Shown here one piece after another: positions 42,688 to 53,396 of a DNA stretch of 64,000 nucleotides (position 1 is its first letter; each line of letters begins with the position of its first letter). The translations under genes and the position numbers were made by a program. Source of the DNA: Chiloscyllium plagiosum (Eukaryota). The stretch is from the NCBI RefSeq assembly GCF_004010195.1, contig NC_057742.1:3297084-3361083 (forward strand), read 5' to 3'. Below the pieces are notes generated by a model that did no database searches, was not told the origin of the DNA, and saw nothing but the letters and a program-made list of their open reading frames with translations.

Positions 42688-44423
42688 CCCTTGTTTGTGT
42701 CATTTAATTGTGTGGTTAAACACTCAGTAAACCAGTGCTAGATAGACAGAGTTCCCTTCACTTCAGCACATTTACGTTGATACCACAAAGACACACAAGC
42801 CAGTAGAAATTAGGAAACAGTCACTGGAGCAGTTTGGGGTTGCAATTTAATTTACAAAGGAATTTGCCGGCTTATAGGCAACTAAAGTGGTTATATATTG
42901 CAATGTTTCATTATTTTATGTGGGCCAGTGTAGGTGGAGGAAATCCGTTATGGCGGATCAGAGTTAATTATAACTTCCTTCGTATTACTGCATCCTGGTG
43001 TTTACCACTGCTTTCGCCTTGCGTAGCAGCTCAGGATTTTGTTGGGTGTTGGGCGTGTGTGTGGGGGGGAGGGGGGGGGCGCGGGGGTGAGCGGAATTTT
43101 AAAAGTACGTTTTACCGGAGAGTACAGGAGGAGCATGGTTTATTGCTTACTCACCTACTAGACAATAGCCAGTCTCTGAAAGAATCGGCGATAACTCTTG
43201 CGACATTCGTCGTTTTTCGCAAACGTTGTGTTAGAATCAGCTCACAGCTAGAGTGCTATTGGAATCTTAGGTACCTACCAGGAAATAACATTCGGAGTAT
43301 TTTGGATTACAAATTAGCATGTCGGTTCAATTTATTTGCCCCCGTGGTTCTTTTATTCCTAATTTACTGACAGCGAGTTCTCATTTAATACCGCAATCCT
43401 TCTGCAGCGCCGCGTGATGTAATTTTTCTTCGGCGCCATAATCCAGCTCCATGGCAACATATAGACCTTAAATAGATGTCACACGCTGCCTTCAAGCTCA
43501 TTTTAGTTATGTTCAGGATTTGGAATTCACAATTTAATCTTGCAAATTGTTTAGATGAATGAACCAATCGATGGAAGACTGCCTGGGACGCTTAGTACAT
43601 TCACCATCAGACTTAAATCTAACACATCAATACCCACAATTGTTCACTGAAAATATCATTGACCACCAATGCAGATGTTTGCATCATAGCTCCAAACTCT
43701 GATTTCATTCTAAATGATATTCTTCAGTGCAGGTTTTTTTAATGAATACATGACTATTTAATAGCGATCCCTGTAATTCTACCCACAACATTTCTCTGTA
43801 TGTGCAAAATAGATGCGTGGACATATTTAACAGATCCATTCATTTTGGTCGTCTCTGAGTATAATGTAAGCATACATGGGTAATGTACATGTAAACTCAT
43901 ACGATGAAATTTTAATGGTGTAATATGTTTGCAATTTGTGCATATTTGTATACATTGTGATTACAGATTTTGCGGTCATGAAATTATTTAGACATATTAA
44001 CAAACATAATTGCATGGTTTTTTCTTACTAACATAACTGTTTTATGTTAATGTCATGTGTGCTTAATGTCATTGCAATTTTATGTTTTCTCCTTAAGCAT
44101 GTCTTGCGCTTGGCATTCTTTTTTGCATTGGTCAGTTGTTTCTATTTTGTGCCGGGCTGTCCTGCAACTAAAGAGTGGCTTTCGGAACAGTTTTGATCCT
44201 TAAAGGTCCTTGAAACGTGTTTGCAATTTACTCTGTGGTATGGGGTCTATCCTATAAATTACTGAAGGTATTAATTTGAACTGAGGGATTTTTGTCTCTG
44301 GAGACGAAAAAATATCTCCTTTATAACCTAATTAAAGTCACCTTGCCGCAGATGAGAGAATTTCCTAGGTTCCTGCTCCAAATGCCATGTCATTGTCTTC
44401 CTTTCGTTCAGGATCTTACCCAC

Positions 44424-45156
44424 CTTTTACTTCCTTCTCAGGAACGGGTTTATCCGCGCCAGGAAACTGTAACTTTGCTGTTTCTTGTGTAAACGTGCTT
44501 TCTCTTCCCCCTGTGTTTTTTCCCGGGATTCCGCGACTCGGCTCTTTAGAGGCGCTCACTTTTAGTTCTTTTTCACCTGGTTTTGAAGAGGACGACGTGG
44601 CGAAGGAAGAAGTGAAGGGAATGCTGGAGTGAATCGAGCACGGAGCAGTGGCTGGCTGTGGTTGGCTGTAATCCGTCGGTTTGTTTGATGAATAACTCGA
44701 TTCTGAACGGAAATAGCTGGGCATGGGCACCCTGCCACTGCCATTTGTGCAGAGTTCAGAAATCACCCTCGGGTAGACTGAAACCTCGGAGTGCGTCTTC
44801 GAATATTTATCCCCGCCTAATAAACAATAGTTCGCTTCTTCCTTCACGCTGGACGTAAAGGAGTAAGTGTTTATCTGTTGGAGCCGGGCTGTGTGGTTGG
44901 AGGGTGACGGGTTTGCCCACCCGGCCATGCCTGGCATGCCAGACACGTACTGATGTGGAACCAAACCTATACCTTGCTGGTTGTTCATCTCCCCTTGTTT
45001 ACGGTGTGCTAGGCCAACTTGCCAATTCTGTACCCCGGAGCCCTGGTCCGCTCTGGACGACAAATAAGCCCCAGGACAGTAAGATTCAGTCCGTCTGGAG
45101 CAAATTAAAGACTTCACTGAAAACGAGCTGGAAGTTGAATTCTCCGAACATGACAT
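44424..45156 (-). CDS. hoxb10: Hoxb10 exon 1
   Basis: Begins MSCSENSTSSSFSVKSLI and includes the Hox10 motifs YSFTSSVKEE..YCL and VPMPSYFR. Phase-1 donor AAAG|GTGGGT. Exons of 733+272 nt give 334 aa. The intron is 5721 bp. Confidence 0.9.
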
Positions 45157-46107
45157 AGCTGCAGCTTAATTTGCTGAGCAGGGGGAAGGGGAAAAAGAAA
45201 GGTCTTTATCAAACTGACATTTCACTTGCACTCTTCAGAAGCCGGCTGTAGACTATTTCCGCCCAGCCGGCCAATCAAACTCGCGGCTAACCCGATAGAC
45301 ACCGCCTACTTCACGGGGGTTTTGAAATGAGAAGAACATTGATGCATTTGTGGGACTCAGCAACACCTAGTTATAGTGACAAATACAAGCTTGTTAATTT
45401 AACTTTTATCAGCCAAATTGGAGACAACTCCCTACCGCTCCACACATACACGCTAACCAGTTCAACTTGCTGCTTTTTTTTGTGACAACGTGGAACAGAA
45501 CAAGATTTTCATTTGTAATTTCTTTCAGACGGGTTGGCGACAGCAGGAACGCTAGAGGAGCTCTGAGTCTTTTTCATGTTCAGTTTTGTGATAACCAATG
45601 ACTGAAGTAGTGATTCAATGTAAATAAGGAGAAGTCTGAAAGCGTCATTGTAAATTTACTTTTAGCCTTTAAGAGGTGAAAATACAGTATCTCCAGAAAT
45701 AACCACATATATAATTAATATATAAATATATACATAGAATATGCTAACTTATCGTTTCAGTAGTTCAGTGACAATAGCATCTTCCAATCGGACTTAGAAC
45801 CAGGAAAAAAATTCCGGCAGTTGAATATTTATTTTGCATGGACACGGACATGGCTTTGAAAGTTTACACTTGTACTATTTGCCAATGGCAGCATTTTCTA
45901 TCTAATGATAATTCCAGGAGTGGGAGATCGACGACTTCTAAATCCATAAGGGTCCATATGGTAATCATTTAAAGCAATACTGTATGAAGCAATACTGCTC
46001 AAATGACTTGAAACAAAGCAAACTGATTTAACCTTTGGTCTAACTTTTCTCTCTTGGCCTGCGTTGAATTAACGCAATGGAATCAAGATTCAAAGATTAC
46101 TGTACTT

Positions 46108-46196
46108 TCTGCTTTCTCTCCACAGATGCTGCCAGATCTGCTGAGATTTTCCAGCAATTTCTGTTTATGTTGCTGATTTTCAGCATCTGCAGTTCT
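46108..46196 (+). mobile_element. Short interspersed repeat fragment, probably Penelope-type terminal repeat remnant
   Basis: tctgctttctctccacagatgctgccagatctgctgagattttccagcaatttctg...cagcatctgcagtt is homologous to 63368-63454 in this window, where it follows a hammerhead-like motif. The family assignment is inference. Confidence 0.7.
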
Positions 46197-49100
46197 TCGG
46201 GGGGGGGAGCTTTGAAAACATAATTTTATTTCACATCGATACACACTTTAATCCGTTCAATTAGCTATTAAAATAGCAGCTCGGTTTAATCTATTTATGC
46301 TATTTATCGTTTATCGAACCAGTTGTTACCGTATATTTTCAACAGTAGGAAATGAACTTCGTTTTTATACCACAATAGCTCTGCTACGTTCTCTGGCTTT
46401 ATTTTTTTATCAAACCTCTTACGCATTGTGTTCACCGTTTGAACGTCAAAACGAGTAGTTGTGTATCTATGTAGTTTTTATACTTAAAACCTGCCATATC
46501 TCTTTATTTTACGAAAATTTGTTTCGGAGTGTTAGAGAATCGAGTACAAGGAAGTAATCAAACCAGGGAATTGGCTTTTCTTTCTAATGGAAACGCGGAT
46601 ATTATATGTGATGCAAAGTAAGCAGAGACGTTATCTGCTTCAGAGCAAGGAATCTCAAGCTTGCAGTACATTTGTCCACATTTGGGCAATTGTTTCGCCA
46701 TTTATCTATAGCCATTAAATTAGACTTTATGCACCCCTGAGGTTTTTCAACTGGGATCAAATCTCCTATAAAAACACGTATTTGCAATAGCAGTTGAGTT
46801 AAACTAGCGCCGTTTTTAAAGAAAAGCAGAACTACGTAAGTTGGCTTTTTCCCGAGAGTAAAATACATTTTCTCTGTCAAATTCAGGCAGAGACGCAGGC
46901 GCAGTAAAAAAAACTGTATTAACAAAACATAAAATATTAACTTTGAAATACTAGCCTCTGCGGAATTTCGCGGACTCAACTGTAAATATATAAGAACAAA
47001 AAATGTTTAACTCTGACGATGACAGTTAGGAACATTTTTATTGACAACTAACTAAGTCATTAACTTACAGATTTGATGGTGTTGTTCTTTTCAACCTCAA
47101 TTAAATCTGTTTTGGTGACTAACGTTAATTCTGCGCACATTTTTAATCCTCTGAAAGTAAAGCCAAAGAATCAGCAATGTGAATTGGAAATCCAATCCAA
47201 TATGTTCCAGCTTTTATTGAACACGTCTGCAAGTGCCGCTTTCGCACCACTAAACGCCCCCAACCAGCCCGAGAAATATATCAACTAAAGTGAAATGAAA
47301 GCAGTTTTGTGTGAACAAGTGGGCTTCACTACTATTCATAAACCCGTAATATTTCAGAGCAACAATAGGAGATTGTAACATGTTATTGCCACGTGAACGT
47401 GACACGCGTGGAGAGGATTTTCTACCCCGAACTGCAGCAATAACTCTCCAGAAATGACTGAGCCACTGGTGTAAGAGAATAAGCAAAAGGATTACCCCGG
47501 CTCTTGCTTATAAGAAGACCCTGGGTAGCCGCGTGGAACAACCTAAAGCGCGGTTCATTGTATGTGAGAAATGGACAAGATTAAAGGACTGAGGGTGGAT
47601 TTACACACATGAACACATTATAGACTAGGATTATCGCAATATCTGAGTAAAGATCATCAAACCAAAACTTTGGACACTAACTCCCAGCAAAGCGTTTCGA
47701 TAGCTGCTATTGGCGTCCCAAACCAAACAAACAGAAAGCATAAATGCAAGATCCAGAACGATATACGACACTGCCATATTATATACAAAGCTCTGAACAA
47801 GAGTGCAGCCCATGGTACGTATAGCTGCAGTCAGAAAGTTCATTAACATACTGTTCATTGTATAAACACACCGGCACAATCTTGCATCATTGTTTTGTTA
47901 GACAGTTTATTGCGGTCAAATTTTGTAATCTAGTTTGAATGGAAATTGGACATGCGCTTGCACTATCGAAAATGGCTTTGTTAGTAATTGAAGTTGTTGT
48001 TCCCTTTTTTTTATTTAGGATGCACTACTACAAACCTAGGGATTTCGATCCTTTTGGTGGAATTTTGCATACAATGGATTGAGATTTCTTTTATTTATGA
48101 ACAGTGAGACAAATGAATGGATAAGTAATATGATTATAATGATGATCTGTGATTAATTAGACCCCCACAGCTCAATACTATTCTGTTAGTATACTTAATT
48201 TAGAAAAAAGTCCTTTCCTGTGAACTTGAGCGTCATTCATCTACGTCGGCCTGAGCCAAGCATTTCGGTTCAATTTGTCTATAAGCGCCCGGTGAGCAGG
48301 CAAAATATATGGTACAACGCCAAAAAAAACAACACAGACTCATTTTAAATCACAATATTCATGTTGTGCCTCCTTCGATAAAATCCTTGGGGATTTTAAG
48401 TTTTTAAAATAACAAACTTCAGAAAAAGTGCTGAACAGACTTAGGTTTGTGTGAATTGTGACTCGTGTGCATCTACTTTATCGTAAATTAAGGTTGAGAT
48501 TTACAATAGACCCCATGCCTCTTTTCGAAATTCGAAACTCCAGATATTAGGGGTTAATGATAAGAATTGTTGCGCTGATTAAAAACAAAGAGACAGAACT
48601 GCGTGCGGCATAGCATCTGATGCTGGTGCCTGCTCGGTGAAAATAGGCCATGTATTTTAAATCAGGTTTATACATCTAAATTGACAGCACCTTCAGCAGG
48701 AATCCTTTACAGTGATTGTTAAATGGATGAATTACAATCTCAACGCTGAATTTAAGAGAAGAAACATTTTTGAATGGGTCACATTATTTTTCGAGATTCC
48801 ATATAGGGTTCAGTGGCGGCCAGTTAACAGACCATCACCGGGAAGGGGGGAGGGAGAGGAGGTGGGTAGACGTTACGACACTTATTGCAAAATGGCGACA
48901 GAACTCTGACTGCCTTGGAGAAAATTATGTAACAACTGACTTATGAAACTCAACAAACATTAATTTCTGATCTGTGATACATGAACAATAGATTGGGATT
49001 CAACAATGAATATCTAGTTCCAACAGTAAACAGAAACATTTTCCGAATTATCCTTGCAGGTGTCATAGTTTCGCATACCATTTATCCTTCAAATTCTAAG

Positions 49101-52100
49101 CATTACAACGTTTGAATTTAACCGATTAAACTCCCAACTCTATTCAGTCCACTATAGGGATAAGATCTTATTCGTTATTTCTCAATCCTCTATTTTTCCC
49201 CCTCTTCGTCGCTCGTTCAAGTGCACCTGGAATGGGTGAAATTGCACAGCCGTTACACAAGGACTATTTTATGCATTTGCCAGATAAATTTGTGAAATTG
49301 AATGTGCAATACTGTACATTTATATAATTCTGTTTTCATGGCGAAAGCTCCAAAATCTCCGCACTGACGGTTTCTAATGCATGGATAGATACATGTAAGG
49401 TCATGAAAATGTTAATAACTTTGAGACCTTCCGTTTTAGCTTGAGGAGTTTGCGCAAGGGAATTTCCTCGATTTTTTCCCACAAAATTGACAACGATAAT
49501 AAAAAAAAGTCTCAGCAGTAATAACAAACCTAGTCCGCTCGCAGTGGTTGGGGGCAATATAGATTTTTATTGGTTACTAACCAACAATCTGCGGGAGATT
49601 CTTTTTAACTTACGCAAGGATATCTCAACAAAGTAAAAACGCGATGGGAGCTGTACAACAATTTAAAAACGAGAATGCGTTTACTTACTGGAATTAAATA
49701 ATTATCCCAAATGTAGGACTGGATTGCACAGTATAAGCTCTACATTTCTAACGTTAAAAAAAATGATGTTCTCCGCTATATTCAGCTTCTTACGCCAAAA
49801 ATATCAATGTTCAGTGTCCCGCAACACTCGCTTGGAAACCGATTGAAGCATAATCAACATATTTGCATATTAAAGTTCATAATTGCAGGGGGCGGGGTCC
49901 GTTTGTTTCGGTTTTTAGATCTTGCATATTACTGATTTTAGTTCATAATTTATTTCTGGATCGCACGGCGCACGGTGAATGAGGGTGGAACGGCCTCGAA
50001 ACGAAGCAACCTCGAGATGAGGCAAGATTCTGCCATCTGACCGAAAATTTGTCGAAAAACACGAATATAAGGCCTGCCGCACGATACCAATTTAATGATG
50101 AAACTTCAAGTAACCAATTAGCATTTGAATCCGTGGTTATGATGTCCTCATTGACAGCATGAATTCAAATCGCTTATTAAGAATACTGCTCTGCATCCAT
50201 CTTTCTGTCGTCTGTTGATCAGTCTATATCCGTCTATTTGGCTTCGTCTTCACATTACTGACGATGTGACCCCTTTTCTCTCTAAGCTCTGATGGTTTTC
50301 CTTTTAAACCATTTCTTTACAAGAATTCTTTCATATAGCCTCGGGAAATGCAGACACATAAACTTTGAACTTCGTAATCAACAAACCATGTTTTCCCGTT
50401 CTCCTCTTCGGTGCGAACTTTTTCACGTCTTTGTCATTTTTGCCCTCTGCACTTAGAAACTAAATTCAAATCAAAGTTGTTCGTGTGCGCCTGCGAATTC
50501 TCTCAAAAGGTGAAGGTTATGCCTCAGCGTCTTTCTTTGTACAGATTCCAAGCGTCTCCTGAAAGCAACTTCTGAAGTATAATCAGACACTATTTAGCCT
50601 CCACCACGACAAACAAAAACCCAAAACTCGCAAAAGCGAGGCTTGCACCGCCTGTTTTAATTTAAAAATAGGAGAGCAAAGTGCATTAAATATTTATGAT
50701 AAACCTCAACACGAATCTTCCTCCTCCCACCCGAATGAATGTATGTTCCACGTTAAACTGCAAACGACTTGTCGATTTTTAAAAAAGTTAAGGTACCTCC
50801 AGACGAGATGAGAAATTGCACACAATTCTTGGGAATGGGAAAATAAAATGTCTAAAAGAATCGCAGGTTTTGAATATTTTAAATTAAATGAGATTTGGTG
50901 ATCATTTAAAACAATGTATATTCAGTGAATTGCAGTTTATCTATTTCCCGTCAGCACCAAGTCAGATTCTGCGCCATGTTATTAACAAATAAAGATGTAA
51001 AAATGATTATTATATTCATAATTTCTGACTTATTAGTAATTCAAGTAAATGTATCTAGTGGCTCGTTGTTGGTCCTTGAGGGCTGGTAGTGGAGCGTTTC
51101 CACATTAATTTCTCTCTGAACTTATGTCTCAGGTGAGAATGGTATTGACTACCTTCTATGAGTCTCTGCATCTGCGGATCCGAGGAATGCCACTTCCGGG
51201 TTGATTTGAATCTAACCCAGATTCATGACATCGTGACTTCGAGCTTGCGCCAAACAATCGCCCTCTCCAAATGCTGCTAGAAGGTCAAGTTAGTTTGAAA
51301 AACATTTCAAAATAAAGTCACAAAGCTATCATAGTGAAACCACTTGCATTTTCAGGGTTTACACACATTGCAAATGTGTCGCTCTGTCTTTCACTTTCTC
51401 ATGAAACTAATTGTCCTGCTTCGTCGCAGAGCTCAAACACCTGCCACCACAGAGGGTAATATCACTTTGTAAAACTCCTAAATCAAACAGGATTAAAAGA
51501 ATTGCATCAATTCTGCTCTCGGTTCATTTTTATAATGGCTATACTTGGAAGGATTTTGCGTTTTTCCTCTCTCGCGGAAATTCGAACACTGACTTTGACA
51601 TTGACCACCCCCCCCCCCCCCCCCCTTCCATTCATTCAGCCGAGGAAACATTTGAATCGATTTTCTACATAGAAGAATTAATTTTTTTACCAAAAAAATA
51701 TGAAGTTACGGGTAATTATATTTCGAATTCTCCAAAAATAATATATTAACAAATTATATGACCACGAGGTTTTGTTTCCAATGCAACAACAATGTATTCC
51801 TTTTGTATTGGGTTTTGTAACTGGGTTCCGTAATTGACTTATTTTCGTTAATATAAACTGTCTACAGCAAACCAACGTAAATAATCCAGAAATGAGTTTT
51901 CTTTTAATTGTTATTATCGTATGGAAGTTAACATTTCACATTTTTGTTACAGTTTAAACGAATGCTCAATTTGTTTTCTTACGGTCCAAATTGTCAATTT
52001 AACCAGCTGGAATAAATTTGAATGTAACGTGGCCGCTTTGACCAAACGATCGGACGGAGAAGATGAGTTGACACCTCAAATTCATTTTTAAGCATACCAA

Positions 52101-52976
52101 GGACAGTATTTTACCTCAGCAAATCATATGGAAAACATTGCTCGTGAGAATGAAAGAAACAACACGGTTTATCGTTTGGTTCAACTGATTCCAAGTTTAC
52201 GGGTTGTACAATGTTTAAGCTACATTGTGTATTTGTAAGCAAACGCTGTGCTTCCTTGCCAACAACTGGCTAACTTTGATTATCTGGCGACATCAAAGTT
52301 GTACTTATAAACCTAATTTGGAGCAACAATAAGAATTTGGACTCTGCGTACCTGCAAAACGTTTTAATTCTACGCAGTAAAGAGTATTTCGTGAATCGCG
52401 TAAATTAAAATACTTTTTCAATGAATCTTTCGGGTAACAAACAAACACAGCTTTCAAAAGAGTCCACCCTTAAACAAAGGTGTGTCTAGAGGTGCACAAA
52501 AAGAATTGAGAACTCTTCCTCAATTCTGTAAAAATGCACTAAACGCTGCTACTGTGTTCGAAACTGATGAATTATTTTTATTGACTCTAATGGAATGTTG
52601 GCGCCTCAAAAATCTCGTCGGTTTTTGTAAAAGATTCACAAAGGATTTTCATAGAATAATTCGCAAGAAATGGCGCGAACACATTAAACAATATTCTCCA
52701 TTTTCGTTCCATTTTTGCCGTCGGAATAATGCAATATATAAAGGGCTCCTCCACGTAAAGGAGACTGGTTTGGATCTCACAACGAATGATTTTACTCCTG
52801 TGAAATTAAAATCCTTAAGAATCTTTGCAACCGGATAATTGCGTATCAATGCGTGCTAATCCGCTCTGGCATGTGGGGTTTTACGTTGAGAGAGTTCAGT
52901 AACGACACCACAACGGCGGGTATAATGAACGAATTTACACTATGAAATTATACATCCAAATAGATAAACAGACAAA

Positions 52977-53396
52977 ATTTTAATATTCAATATTTAGGAA
53001 TTATATATCTTCAAAAATTGGAAATTCCTGCTCAAATTTCCTAATTATAGAAGCAATATTTTTTGTAGATCGCTCTGGAAAATATAAATCACCACTGTAG
53101 TTCTCAAAATCTCCACGCGAGGGCGGTGTTGTTTCACAAATAAGCCGAAAAAGACCTTGGCCTTTAAATCAAAAAACCTATGTAATATTTTAATATTCAA
53201 TATTTGGGAATTATATATCTTCGAAAATTGGAAATTCCTGCTCAAATTTCCTAATTATAGAAGCAATCTTTTTTGTAGATCTCTCTGGAAAATATAAATC
53301 ACCACTGTAGTTCTCAAAATCTCCACGCGAGGTCGGTGTTGTTTCACAAATAAGCCGAAAAAGACCTTGGCCTTTAAATCAAAAAACCTATGTAAT
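52977..53396. repeat. Tandem duplication, 2 x 210 bp
   Basis: taatattcaatattt...aaaaaacctatgtaat recurs at 52981 and 53191 with about 5 substitutions. Confidence 0.97.

Noticed and set aside
42834-43370. 178-aa plus-strand ORF in the Hoxb10 intron
   Set aside because: It starts at TTG, runs through a G homopolymer and has no recognisable domain.
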